This document shows positions 7,773 to 17,093 of a stretch of DNA of 29,375 bases, piece by piece; within the stretch, counting starts at the first letter, position 1; each line of letters opens with the position of its first letter. The translations under genes were made by a program, and so were the position numbers. The DNA comes from a virus (lineage: Duplodnaviria > Heunggongvirae > Uroviricota > Caudoviricetes): the IMG/VR virus record IMGVR_UViG_2563366852_000005, one strand, 5' to 3'. The notes under the pieces were generated by a model. The model was not told the DNA's origin. It was given only the letters and a program-made list of their open reading frames with translations, and made no database searches.

Positions 7773-10387
7773 TATGCAAGCCTCACAATATAGTTAAATG
7801 CGATGTTTTTGACGGTGTTTTCGGTATTACCCGTAGCATTTACCGTGATGGTGTGTCCGTGCGCACCCAAGGCCACAGTGTGTGCATGGGCACCAATACC
7901 TACAGTGTGGTTATGCTGACCAATATCCACCGTATGGGCGTGCGCTCCGGCTGTGCTGGACACCTGATTGTTTCCTGAAGCCTGTACACGCTGTTTTCCA
8001 CCGACAGAGTCGCCGCCATAAACACCACCGACAGTGTGCGTATGATTGCCCGTATTGTTCGTTGATTTTGTGCCGTGGTTAAACGTACTGACCGTCTTCG
8101 TGCCGTAATCAAATGAACTGGTCGTTTTCGTTCCCAAATCCGTATTTGACGCACTGGCGCTGTGAGTATGCGATTTAATCCCGTCCTGCTCCTGTGACAA
8201 TACGGCTCGCCCACTGGCGGGTTTGCCCTTGATTGTCCAGCCGCGCATATCTGGAATAACACCTGAAGGATAGGCTATAGCCAGTTTCGGATATGCAGCC
8301 TTATCGAACGTCTGCCCCTGCATAATTGCATAGCCCGCAGGTGGTGTATCTGATGGCCACGGCAACGGAACACCTGGCGGAAACGCTTCGATATTTGCCG
8401 ACCCGTCAAATTTTACGCCGTTAATTGTCCTTGCCGTTTTCAGCTTTGTCGCTGTAGCAGCATTGCCGGACAGTTCGCCTGAAAGACCACCGCTGAATGT
8501 CTGTTTCGCTGCCCATGTCTGGGCTTCGTCGATAATTGGAACACGTCTTGTGGTGATCGTGCGGTTTCCCGGATTTCCTGAAATACGCACCATAAAAAAG
8601 CGGTAGTTCGCTTTACTTACAGTGCTGCGCCATACATGCATTGAGCGCCCCGTACCGGAATCATCACTCGGACCCACTGCGATGTTTATCAGGTTGCCAT
8701 CAATGACGCCCCAGTCCATACCGTCGGGAATGTTGGTCATGTTATCAAGCCGAACGGTTATCAGACTGCCCGGCACAAAGTCGTAGGTCTGCCAGTCCAG
8801 GCTGGTGAGCTTTGCCACAGCACCGCCGATACCCAGATTCAGGGGAAGTGAATACGAGGTGTAGACTTCCCGCCATTCGCTCCACGAGCTGCCGGTATAG
8901 ACGCGCTCAAACGTGCGACCTTTAAGGGTTGCACCTGTTCCGGCAGTTGTATAACGCTGCCATACGTTAACACCATCAAAGCGCCTCAACACTTCCAGAA
9001 TACCGAGGACTGTCACGCCGTTTCCGTCCAGTATTGGACCATTGGTCGCTTTACCTGTAACGCTGTAAATACCTGGTGAGGTTACATCATTCAAATCACC
9101 GTCGTAATAACGGCTTTCTGACTGGTAGCCCACTCTTGACCACGGCTCCCACTGTGGGTTCTCTGCATCCCACGAGGCCGAAAGACAGCGAACATAAACA
9201 TTTCCACGACGGGTCGTGTAACGCTGCGTTCGCGAGTAACCACCACCTTCAAGAACTTCAAGGAGTCCCTGACCATAACTTCCTTCTTCCGGATAGTTGC
9301 GGTCAAATGAAGCGATTGAGCCACTACTGTTTCGCCATAAACCAAGATGCTCTGCGCCTCCGAGCGTGTTCAGGTCAATGGTTGTGCTCAGGGGGCGTGT
9401 TGCAGACTGAATCTGACGCCAGTAACTCCACGGACCGTCTGAGCCATTCCAGGTGCCAGAAAGGTTGCGCATATAAACATTGCCTGTTCTGGTGGTATAA
9501 CGCTGCATTCCTGCAAAATTACCGCCATTGAATACCTCAAGCACACCGACTGCACCGTCTTCAGGGAAATTTTTCTCCAGTGTTGCGTTGGTGGATGTTG
9601 CTTTAGACCAGATACCTGAATAAGCCTTAACAGGACCAAATGTATTCAGATCAGCATCAAGCGGCATTTCGCCATTGTTTTTCATAAACGTCAGGCTGGT
9701 AACGCCAACATTTTCCAGAAAAGCTGATTTATCCTGGATATCTGCACCATTCTGATTTTTCGCCAGACGTGAATTTGCGTTGTCATTTGCTGCCTTGACC
9801 GCTTTTGGCGTTGCCGCCAATGACTCACTGGTGCTGTTTGTTGCACTGCTTAACTGAGTAAAACCTTTTTCTGTCAGTGTGGCGTCAGGATGGCGGCGGG
9901 ACTGCTCATGCTCTGCGATTTTGTCATCGACGTAATCCTGCGTCGCCATCACTGTGCTGGCATCAATACTCAGCTCAACGGACGCCACGTTACTGACAAT
10001 AATGACCATGCGGCAGGTCTGCGCACGTCCGGAGCCTTCAGCCAGTTCAGGCTTATAGCTTTCTGCCATGTTAGCGACCGCAATCAGTGTTCCGGCATCG
10101 TCATACAGACCAAGCTCACGCATCCAGAAGCCGCCCACTTCGGGCGGTACAACCAGTTCAGCCACGATATAGTTTTTATTCTTATTATCCACGCTGACTT
10201 TATTCAGAGCGTGACGCCAGACCTCATGCACCAGTTTCGTCTGACCGGCATCCGGCACCGGCAATTTGCCATTACCGTCACCCACGGCCATTGCAGACAG
10301 GTTTACTTTTTTCCCGCCGGGGACAGTGGCGGCTGCCAGCTTTGCGGCTCCGGCAGTAGTGATAACGGTTTTAAATTTCGTGCTCAT
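7772..10387 (-). CDS. H: Tail fibre protein H, long variant with repetitive His-rich C-terminal receptor-binding region
   Basis: 871 aa; conserved N-terminus [24 protein letters not shown]; C-terminus with five G-x-H-x-H-T-V repeats and terminal ...[11 protein letters not shown]. Confidence 0.9.
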   Translation of the reverse strand: MSTKFKTVITTAGAAKLAAATVPGGKKVNLSAMAVGDGNGKLPVPDAGQTKLVHEVWRHALNKVSVDNKNKNYIVAELVVPPEVGGFWMRELGLYDDAGTLIAVANMAESYKPELAEGSGRAQTCRMVIIVSNVASVELSIDASTVMATQDYVDDKIAEHEQSRRHPDATLTEKGFTQLSSATNSTSESLAATPKAVKAANDNANSRLAKNQNGADIQDKSAFLENVGVTSLTFMKNNGEMPLDADLNTFGPVKAYSGIWSKATSTNATLEKNFPEDGAVGVLEVFNGGNFAGMQRYTTRTGNVYMRNLSGTWNGSDGPWSYWRQIQSATRPLSTTIDLNTLGGAEHLGLWRNSSGSIASFDRNYPEEGSYGQGLLEVLEGGGYSRTQRYTTRRGNVYVRCLSASWDAENPQWEPWSRVGYQSESRYYDGDLNDVTSPGIYSVTGKATNGPILDGNGVTVLGILEVLRRFDGVNVWQRYTTAGTGATLKGRTFERVYTGSSWSEWREVYTSYSLPLNLGIGGAVAKLTSLDWQTYDFVPGSLITVRLDNMTNIPDGMDWGVIDGNLINIAVGPSDDSGTGRSMHVWRSTVSKANYRFFMVRISGNPGNRTITTRRVPIIDEAQTWAAKQTFSGGLSGELSGNAATATKLKTARTINGVKFDGSANIEAFPPGVPLPWPSDTPPAGYAIMQGQTFDKAAYPKLAIAYPSGVIPDMRGWTIKGKPASGRAVLSQEQDGIKSHTHSASASNTDLGTKTTSSFDYGTKTVSTFNHGTKSTNNTGNHTHTVGGVYGGDSVGGKQRVQASGNNQVSSTAGAHAHTVDIGQHNHTVGIGAHAHTVALGAHGHTITVNATGNTENTVKNIAFNYIVRLA
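7841..8160 (-). repeat. In-frame tandem coding repeats in the H C-terminus (GxHxHTV units x5 and GTK-T/S-rich units x3)
   Basis: Repeated nucleotide units visible around 7840..8060 and 8050..8160; translate to [31 protein letters not shown] and DYGTKT..., NHGTKS... Confidence 0.7.
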
Positions 10388-10397
10388 TGTTTCTCAC

Positions 10398-10928
10398 TTA
10401 TCCGGGATAAACAGTAATAACATCACCATCACAGACCACACCGCCTGTATACAGATAGCCGGGAATGTCCTGGATAATGTTCAGACCGATAAGGTGGCGA
10501 CTTGCGGGTTTGGCATCGGCAATCAGCCGTTCCATTTCCAGATACATCTCCTCCGTGATGCCGCTTTCCAGTACGCCGATATCAAGGCGGAAGGTTCCGG
10601 GCGGGTCGTTTGTCTCCCACCATTCCTTTACGTTAATGAGATAGCCGAGCGGCTCCACCACACGCCGGATTGCGCCGACAGTGCCTTTATGACAATGAAT
10701 GAAATAGGCATCGCGGATAACGGCGCGTTTTGTCGCTTCCGGCCACTTTTCATCCCACCTGTCGACCGAAAACGCCCACGCCAGCCACGGCAGCAGATTT
10801 GCCGGACAGGAGTCCGGGTTCCACAGCTCACGAATACTGACCGGTGTTTTTTCAATTTCCGCACAGGCTTTTGCGGCGGCAACTTCAAGCGGTGATGAGC
10901 CGGTCGGCAGCAGGCGCGAATCACTCAT
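10398..10928 (-). CDS. I: Baseplate assembly protein I
   Basis: 176 aa MSDSRLLPTGSSPLEVAAAKACAEIEK...; synteny J-I-H. Confidence 0.9.
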   Translation of the reverse strand: MSDSRLLPTGSSPLEVAAAKACAEIEKTPVSIRELWNPDSCPANLLPWLAWAFSVDRWDEKWPEATKRAVIRDAYFIHCHKGTVGAIRRVVEPLGYLINVKEWWETNDPPGTFRLDIGVLESGITEEMYLEMERLIADAKPASRHLIGLNIIQDIPGYLYTGGVVCDGDVITVYPG

Positions 10929-11829
10929 CCGAGCCTCCGGTCACGACGCGGTATTCGGTACAGAAAGACGCCTGCGTACTGTTGAGCACGATGTCGGCCA
11001 GTGGTGCAGCCAGTTCGACACGCTGCACACCTTCCACATGCAAAGCGGCATAAATGGCAGACAGACGGATGTCGCGCCCCAGCCGGTGCTGTGCCGTGAT
11101 GTATGCTTCCAGTTTTTTCACGGCGGCGGCGCGGATGGGTTCGCTTTCGGGACCAGGGTAAAGGTACAGCGTGGCGTTTATCTGGTATTCAACAATGGCG
11201 GCAGACTGCACGGTCACTCGGTCGGCCACCGGCCTGACGTCCTCGCCATTAAGGGCGTTACGCACCACTGCCAGCAGGTCTTCGGATGCGACACCGTTAT
11301 TTTCACGTGACAGCACAGAGATGGTGACGCAGGCCGGAGACGGACTGGTGACAGAGATATCCGCGACACGCCCGTCGGCACTGCGACCATGATACTGATA
11401 GGCACCCACCGACCCGGCGACGCTTAAACCTTCAAACGCCTGCTGAATACGCAGACGATAATCAGTGTCAGATTCCATCACTGCCGGTGTCGGCGGGATG
11501 GTCGAATCATCTGCCGGGGTGATAATCAGGCGTGTGGTGTTGTAATTGGCACCAATCACATCAAGGTCATTACCGGCTGCACAGGCCAGCATCACCGCCC
11601 GTGCAGCCTCATTCACACGCTGACGCCAGATAAGCTCACGATAAGCATTTTCCTCCAGCAGTTTGACGAGAGGCTCAGATTCCAGCGTCAGGGTACGGGC
11701 GACCGCCTCCTGCTGGTCTTCCGGATAAAGGGAAATCAGTGTCGCCTTGCGTTCGGCGAGAATGGTTTCAAAGTCCAGCTCCTCGACCACATCCGGTGCG
11801 GGTAGCTGGTTCAGGTCGATAATCGGCAT
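10921..11829 (-). CDS. J: Baseplate assembly protein J
   Basis: 302 aa, MPIIDLNQLPAPDVVEELDFETILAERKA...; 8-nt overlap with I. Confidence 0.9.
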   Translation of the reverse strand: MPIIDLNQLPAPDVVEELDFETILAERKATLISLYPEDQQEAVARTLTLESEPLVKLLEENAYRELIWRQRVNEAARAVMLACAAGNDLDVIGANYNTTRLIITPADDSTIPPTPAVMESDTDYRLRIQQAFEGLSVAGSVGAYQYHGRSADGRVADISVTSPSPACVTISVLSRENNGVASEDLLAVVRNALNGEDVRPVADRVTVQSAAIVEYQINATLYLYPGPESEPIRAAAVKKLEAYITAQHRLGRDIRLSAIYAALHVEGVQRVELAAPLADIVLNSTQASFCTEYRVVTGGSDE

Positions 11830-11833
11830 GGTT

Positions 11834-12181
11834 TCAACTCACAGGGATGGTTAACGAAAGTGGCTGGCCGGTGTCGTTGTGCTGGCCGGTTAACGTGACC
11901 GTCATTCGCCCGTCAAAGCTGCGCGCCGTGGTGACGGATGACAGGGTGACGCGGGGTTCCCATTTCAGCACTGCCATGTAACAGGCGACCTTAATCTGCA
12001 ACTCAAGCGCCGGGGTCTGCGGCTGGTCAATCATTGATGCCAGCAACGAGCCGTAATCACGACGCATCACCCGTGAGCCGACCGGTGTGCGCAGGATATC
12101 GCCGATACTCTGGCTGATATGCTCAAGGTCAGTGACAGTCAGGCCATCACTGCGATTCATTCCGAGATAACGCGCTGTCAT
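11834..12181 (-). CDS. W: Baseplate assembly protein W (gp25-like)
   Basis: 115 aa, position between V and J. Confidence 0.88.
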   Translation of the reverse strand: MTARYLGMNRSDGLTVTDLEHISQSIGDILRTPVGSRVMRRDYGSLLASMIDQPQTPALELQIKVACYMAVLKWEPRVTLSSVTTARSFDGRMTVTLTGQHNDTGQPLSLTIPVS

Positions 12182-12819
12182 TTTGTCCCCTGTGTCCAGT
12201 TGTCTCCTGACTTAACACCACCGTGACCGTGGTCATCCACCTGAACGCCGTTAGACGTGAATTTCCCGTCGGTATGCGCGATGTTGCCGCGCATCGTCCC
12301 GCCCTTCTGCACTTCCAGCGTGCCGGTAATCAGCTTGTTGGTGCAGACCACTTCCGGTGTGTTCAGGGTGATGCGGGTTGATGCTTTCACCGTGACCACC
12401 GGCACCGTGGCAGTAACAGAATCAGAAGCCGTCACGCTGGCCGTTTTAATTCCGCTTACCGTGAGCGCACTGGTTTCGGGTTCATACTCAATCACCGCCC
12501 CGTCAGGGAAACGGATATGCAGGGCATCCGCCGACGCAGACGGCGCGGGGTTATCACCGGAATAAATCCCCGGCAGAACGAACGCCGTGTCGAGTTCACC
12601 GCCCACGGCCAGAATCAGCACCTGTTCCCCCACGGAAGGTGCCCACCACGTGCGCGAACGCCCGGCGCGATGGGTCAGCCACTGAAGCCAGTCGGTGCAC
12701 ATGCCGCCGGTCTGCACACGGCAGCGACCGGCGTTAAGGTTGGTTTCGACGACAAGACCGGTGCGAATCATGTTGCGCAGTGCGCGCGCGAGTTCCTGAA
12801 TATTTGCGAGAGTGTTCAT
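12178..12819 (-). CDS. V: Baseplate spike/assembly protein V
   Basis: 213 aa MNTLANIQELARALRNMIRTGLV...; first gene of the VWJIHG operon. Confidence 0.9.
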   Translation of the reverse strand: MNTLANIQELARALRNMIRTGLVVETNLNAGRCRVQTGGMCTDWLQWLTHRAGRSRTWWAPSVGEQVLILAVGGELDTAFVLPGIYSGDNPAPSASADALHIRFPDGAVIEYEPETSALTVSGIKTASVTASDSVTATVPVVTVKASTRITLNTPEVVCTNKLITGTLEVQKGGTMRGNIAHTDGKFTSNGVQVDDHGHGGVKSGDNWTQGTK

Positions 12820-12885
12820 AACGGGAAGGATGCCGCCGGGTCATACCGGCGGCAATGTGACGATGAGGTGTCGGGAATGGCACAA
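12820..12885 (-). promoter_or_regulatory. S-V intergenic region: expected late promoter for the V operon, containing a perfect 8-bp GC hairpin (12832..12853) 13 nt upstream of the V start
   Basis: GCCGCCGG-gtcata-CCGGCGGC inverted repeat; position matches the P2 operon boundary. Confidence 0.4.
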
Positions 12886-13338
12886 CTAACGGTCGAGGTG
12901 AGCCAGGATAATCTCTTCAATCATCTGCACATCCTCACCGGTAAAGCCGAGCAGAGGACGCGCCGGATAATCAATTTTCTTACCGTCTTTCCGGTTTTCT
13001 TCTGACAGACCGAACTGATGCACGCTCGCAATTTTCGGTGACTTCCCGCCGTAAAACTCCATTGATGCCTGTTCCGGGCTGGCGCGGATATGCAAAAAAC
13101 GACTGGTGATAAGTTTCGCAAACATTTTTCGCTTAACACGACCGGTCTTTTTTCTGGCGCTCTGCTGCTGGCGTGGCGCATAGGGTGTGCCGTCCGGGGC
13201 TTTCTGTGCCATCACCCGACGCTGCTGACTCTGTCGCAGACGTTTTGCCAGTTCGGCACTCAGTCGCCGACGCCCTGACGGTGACAGAGACTCAATCAGT
13301 CCGGTCAGCCGGTCTTCAAAACGCTTAAACTCATTCAT
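12886..13338 (-). CDS. S: Tail completion protein S
   Basis: 150 aa MNEFKRFEDRLTGLIESLSPSGRRRL... Confidence 0.9.
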   Translation of the reverse strand: MNEFKRFEDRLTGLIESLSPSGRRRLSAELAKRLRQSQQRRVMAQKAPDGTPYAPRQQQSARKKTGRVKRKMFAKLITSRFLHIRASPEQASMEFYGGKSPKIASVHQFGLSEENRKDGKKIDYPARPLLGFTGEDVQMIEEIILAHLDR

Positions 13339-13798
13339 CCCACTTGCTCACCAGTTCGCCATTGATATACAGCTCCATCGGGCGGGTGACCGGCTCCGGC
13401 GGCGGAGGTTCCGGGATATTCTTCACATGCAGCGCGCCGTCCACCTCACTGACCAGCGTGCGCTCGGTCAGCATCAGGCTGATGCTGATATCAAAGCTGC
13501 TGTCATTGTTGATGTCTGCATAAAACGTGAAGCCCTTTTTCTGGCCTGCGTCGGTGGTCATGATGTCGGGCTGATTTTCCCGCAGCCACGCCAGCACCGG
13601 CACAATGAGCAGGTCAAAATCACCGGTAAAGTCGGTCACAATGACATTGAGCGTGTAACGCTTTTCGAATGACAGCGACGTCGCCAGCGTGGAGGCAATA
13701 CTCCCGTTATCCACGAATATCCGAAGCATCTCTGGACTGGTTTTCAGCACCGTGACGGCATCAGTCAGCGCCCTGCGCAGGCTGTCGGGTTTGAGCAT
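13331..13798 (-). CDS. R: Tail completion protein R
   Basis: 155 aa; overlaps S start and lysC end. Confidence 0.9.
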   Translation of the reverse strand: MLKPDSLRRALTDAVTVLKTSPEMLRIFVDNGSIASTLATSLSFEKRYTLNVIVTDFTGDFDLLIVPVLAWLRENQPDIMTTDAGQKKGFTFYADINNDSSFDISISLMLTERTLVSEVDGALHVKNIPEPPPPEPVTRPMELYINGELVSKWDE

Positions 13799-14051
13799 CG
13801 TTTTCGTCCTGACAGTGTTTAATCATTTTTACCTGGCTGGCACAGCGTGCCAGCGCGTTCTCAAGCTGCCGGATATCGGCACTTAAATCACCGTTCGTCT
13901 CCGGGTCACTGCCCGGCATCGGGCAAAGGCTCACTTTCGGGCAGGCGTTGGGGACAATCACTGGCGTCGGTGCAGGCGGGGCGCTGGTGCAACCGGCGCA
14001 CAGCATCAGGCAGGTCAGCACCGTACCAGCGGCGAAAATCTTCGTTTTCAT
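13761..14051 (-). CDS. lysC: LysC, Rz1-like outer-membrane lipoprotein spanin, encoded in an alternative frame overlapping the 3' part of lysB
   Basis: MKTKIFAAGTVLTCLMLCAGC lipobox, Pro-rich mature part; start placed at MKTKIF inside the longer ORF-track ORF. Confidence 0.8.
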   Translation of the reverse strand: MKTKIFAAGTVLTCLMLCAGCTSAPPAPTPVIVPNACPKVSLCPMPGSDPETNGDLSADIRQLENALARCASQVKMIKHCQDENDAQTRQPAQGAD

Positions 14052-14331
14052 TGAGTAACCTCGTGATGGTTTTCTCGCGCTGTGCTTCACGCTTCGCGGC
14101 GTTCTCCAGTTCCTGACGCAGTGCCACCTGCGCCAGCTCGTTTTTGTCTGCCCTGGTGAGGGCAACATGAAGCTGATTTTTCAGCATGGTGATGGTCGTC
14201 TGCTGTTCACTGGCGACGTTGTTCACCCTGTCCAGCGAGGCGCGCAGGCTGGCGTTTTCATGCTTCGCCAGAAACAGCCCCGCCACCGCCAGCGATAACA
14301 ACACAACCATCACAATCATCAGCTTTGACAT
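13906..14331 (-). CDS. lysB: LysB, Rz-like inner-membrane spanin
   Basis: 141 aa, N-terminal TM helix then coiled-coil; synteny. Confidence 0.88.
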   Translation of the reverse strand: MSKLMIVMVVLLSLAVAGLFLAKHENASLRASLDRVNNVASEQQTTITMLKNQLHVALTRADKNELAQVALRQELENAAKREAQREKTITRLLNENEDFRRWYGADLPDAVRRLHQRPACTDASDCPQRLPESEPLPDAGQ

Positions 14332-14744
14332 GGTTCCCGCTCCTCAAGACGTTGACGGCAGGCCGTACGTATCAGCCGGAAGAACACCGACGCCACAAGA
14401 TAAATCAGCGCGGTAAAAATCCACCCGGCAGCGACCAGCGAGATAAATGTCGCCACCATCACCACCAGAGCCGCCGCCCGTCTGCACCACGGCACCGGCT
14501 GCAAAAACAGCGACATGACAATCTTCACGGCCAGCGACTCCGGTGGCAGCTCCCGCCCGTAGCGTTCCAGCACATACTCAGTGGCATAAACGCCGACACC
14601 ACCGGCAACCACACAGATAACCGTTGCCAGAATCGCCCAGGCAGCGACAAAATTGACGGCCACGCTCTGCGGGTAAATCAGGGACAGTGCCAGCATCAGC
14701 GCCAGCGACACGTTCAGCATCAGTGAAAGGGATAATTTCTTCAT
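14319..14744 (-). CDS. lysA: LysA, multi-pass membrane lysis-timing protein
   Basis: 141 aa with several hydrophobic helices; synteny K-lysA-lysB. Confidence 0.85.
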   Translation of the reverse strand: MKKLSLSLMLNVSLALMLALSLIYPQSVAVNFVAAWAILATVICVVAGGVGVYATEYVLERYGRELPPESLAVKIVMSLFLQPVPWCRRAAALVVMVATFISLVAAGWIFTALIYLVASVFFRLIRTACRQRLEEREPCQS

Positions 14745-14758
14745 GGTGTTTACTCCGT

Positions 14759-15256
14759 TTAAGCCGGTACGCCGCCAGCGGTACGCCAGACGGTGACCAG
14801 TTTTTCCAGTGAATGCTCACGCTGACCGTAACCGGCACCCGGCAGGGACGCCCAGATATTGCGACAGCGTGAAATGGCGCGCTCAATGCGTCCCGCCCGG
14901 ATGTCATCCAGTGCACCGCGTTCGCGGATCAACTGAATGGCGAGTCTGTCCTGTGACAACGGACTGAAATCCGGCAGGGCAAGCTGTTTGCGGTAATGCG
15001 GCCAGAACAGGTAAAGCTGCTGATAGCGACCGGAGGCCGTGGATTTTTCACCGCGACGGTTAAACACCTTCGCCGGTCGGCCATGCGCGAACGGGTGGTC
15101 ACTGTAGTCGGTGAAAATTTCCGGCTTCCCGTCCAGTCCGGTGACTATCACGTCATAGCCCCGGTTTTTCGTCAGCGGATGATTCGCCGTCCCTTCGGAC
15201 ACCGCCAGCATGTCGAGAAAGGCGGCGATATTCTGATGCGTGTTAATTACCGGCAT
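14759..15256 (-). CDS. K: Endolysin (P2 gpK, lysozyme-like)
   Basis: 165 aa MPVINTHQNIAAFLDMLAVSEGT...; directly after the holin. Confidence 0.92.
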   Translation of the reverse strand: MPVINTHQNIAAFLDMLAVSEGTANHPLTKNRGYDVIVTGLDGKPEIFTDYSDHPFAHGRPAKVFNRRGEKSTASGRYQQLYLFWPHYRKQLALPDFSPLSQDRLAIQLIRERGALDDIRAGRIERAISRCRNIWASLPGAGYGQREHSLEKLVTVWRTAGGVPA

Positions 15257-15537
15257 TACTGTTTCCCCCTGCCCTTAAAGCGGCGCTGAATGGCAATCTC
15301 AATCACCTGATAACCGGCGATACCCAGCATGGAGCCGATGCCGCACACCGCAGGCAGTGACAGGTCAGGAAACTGCACCAGAACAACACCGGCAACCATC
15401 GAGACAAAACCACCGAGCAACATGCGCCCGATAAACAGACGCGGGGTGATGGGTTCACCACCGGCAAGCACCTTGCCGACAACAATCAGCACCCCAATCA
15501 TGAAAAGCGACAGGACGCTTTTTTCTTCTGCTGTCAT
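15256..15537 (-). CDS. Y: Holin (P2 gpY)
   Basis: 93 aa, two to three TM helices, charged C-terminus RRFKGRGKQ. Confidence 0.9.
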   Translation of the reverse strand: MTAEEKSVLSLFMIGVLIVVGKVLAGGEPITPRLFIGRMLLGGFVSMVAGVVLVQFPDLSLPAVCGIGSMLGIAGYQVIEIAIQRRFKGRGKQ

Positions 15538-15540
15538 GCG

Positions 15541-15744
15541 TTACTCCCACAGATTGACAGTTTCAGCCACGGGCGCGGTCTGAACGTCGGGCAGTTCGAC
15601 GGCGGTGCCGTGTGGCAGCACCGCACCCAGTTCAGCCAGTCCCGGATTTGCGGCGAGCACGGCTTCAACCACGCCCTCAGTGCGCCCGTAATACCGGACA
15701 CAAATGGCGTCGAGCGTGTCGCCCTGTAGCGCAAAGGTCTTCAT
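15541..15744 (-). CDS. X: Tail protein X (67 aa)
   Basis: MKTFALQGDTLDAICVRYYGRTEG...; start overlaps L stop (TGATG); longer ORF-track start rejected. Confidence 0.88.
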   Translation of the reverse strand: MKTFALQGDTLDAICVRYYGRTEGVVEAVLAANPGLAELGAVLPHGTAVELPDVQTAPVAETVNLWE

Positions 15745-16253
15745 CAGATTTGACTCACGATGCAGCGCGGCTTGTCCTGGATACGCGCCACCGCCCAGCG
15801 CATATCCCGCCACAGTTCATCAATGGTGCTGTCAATGCTGTCGGCCTTCTTGTCGCCTTTCGCACTGGCATCCACGCCGCGATAACGCTCATAAAGCGAC
15901 GCGGTCGCCATCGCACACACGGCGCGCTCGTAGTAAAAAACTTTGATGCTTTCACCGTCGATGTCGTCCGCCGGGACGTCCGCCAGACGCGTAAAACCGG
16001 CAGCAATTTTCTGTTCGCGGTACTCGTACAGCTCCGCATTCGTTTCAGCCATGCCTGACTTGATGGCCTCACGCAGACGGGCGGGGGCGACGGTCTGCTC
16101 AAGGCGCATACGTTCCCGGACGCGCTTCGGGTCGATATCGGGAAAAAAGAACGTGTTTTTAATCACCGGCTCGTCGCCTGCCGGTTGCGGGATGACCACC
16201 GTACCCTCACCGGATACAGGAGCCTCCTTTCGCGGAATAATCAGCGTCATCAT
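15744..16253 (-). CDS. L: Capsid completion protein L (169 aa)
   Basis: MMTLIIPRKEAPVSGEGTVVIPQ...; start chosen by match to P2 gpL length. Confidence 0.88.
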   Translation of the reverse strand: MMTLIIPRKEAPVSGEGTVVIPQPAGDEPVIKNTFFFPDIDPKRVRERMRLEQTVAPARLREAIKSGMAETNAELYEYREQKIAAGFTRLADVPADDIDGESIKVFYYERAVCAMATASLYERYRGVDASAKGDKKADSIDSTIDELWRDMRWAVARIQDKPRCIVSQI

Positions 16254-16352
16254 GACTACCTCTGAAAAGTCGGGCGGTGGACGCCGGTGCAGTGTCAGGT
16301 GATTCACCGTCACTGACCGGCGTGCCGCCCTGGCGCGGGGCGCATTCGGTTG

Positions 16353-17090
16353 TTAACTGGCTTTCTTTTTCGGGCGTCCACGTTTTGCCGGTGTCGCACT
16401 CCGGGTCTTACGCGGGGCGCGGGTGGCCGCTTTTGGCTCCGGCTTCGGTTTCAGCTCCCGCTCCAGTCGTTCAATCTCTTTTTTGACGCCTGCCTGACAG
16501 TCGAGCTGTGTCGCACGTTGCAGGTGCGCCAGCGCCCCTGCGGCATCACCAGCGTCACGCAGAAACAGACCGGTGATTTTGTGCAGCTTTGCGCGCACTT
16601 CATCAGGCATGTCAGCCGTGGCGGTCAGTTCGAGGGTGTCCGTCAGCAGGCGGGGATCCACAGACTCACCGGCAGCGTGGGCGCGCATGGCCGCGAGCGC
16701 CACCTCCTCGGTGAACATGTACGGCGGGGTGCGGCGGTGTTTACCCGGCATGGTCAGACCATACTTCAGGGCATAACGTGCAATCTCCAGCGCACCGGCA
16801 ATATCGCCGGTATCCAGACGCCACAGCATGACCGTCATCAGAATGTCATCCTGTGCACCTTTGCCCTGCTCCAGTACTCCGTTCACCCACGGCAACCAGA
16901 ACGGCAGCAGTTCGCGTTTTTTCGCGGCCTTAAGCTCTTTTGAATAAATCGCTTTCAGTGTGCGCTGGTCTGCGGCGAGCTTAACCAGCATCTGCTCATA
17001 GACAGTTGCATGTCGCAGCGGGGCGGCTTCCCGCTGCGCGGTTATCGCTGCCGAGACCCGCATCATGTGGCGCTGTGCGGGACTCGTCAT
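16353..17090 (-). CDS. M: Terminase small (endonuclease) subunit M
   Basis: 245 aa MTSPAQRHMMRVSAA...; basic C-terminus. Confidence 0.92.
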   Translation of the reverse strand: MTSPAQRHMMRVSAAITAQREAAPLRHATVYEQMLVKLAADQRTLKAIYSKELKAAKKRELLPFWLPWVNGVLEQGKGAQDDILMTVMLWRLDTGDIAGALEIARYALKYGLTMPGKHRRTPPYMFTEEVALAAMRAHAAGESVDPRLLTDTLELTATADMPDEVRAKLHKITGLFLRDAGDAAGALAHLQRATQLDCQAGVKKEIERLERELKPKPEPKAATRAPRKTRSATPAKRGRPKKKAS

Positions 17091-17093
17091 CGG

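Noticed and set aside
7841-8160. CRISPR array or other non-coding repeat
   Set aside because: The repeats are in-frame within H and encode a repeated peptide motif. There are no spacer-like unique units and no cas genes in the window.
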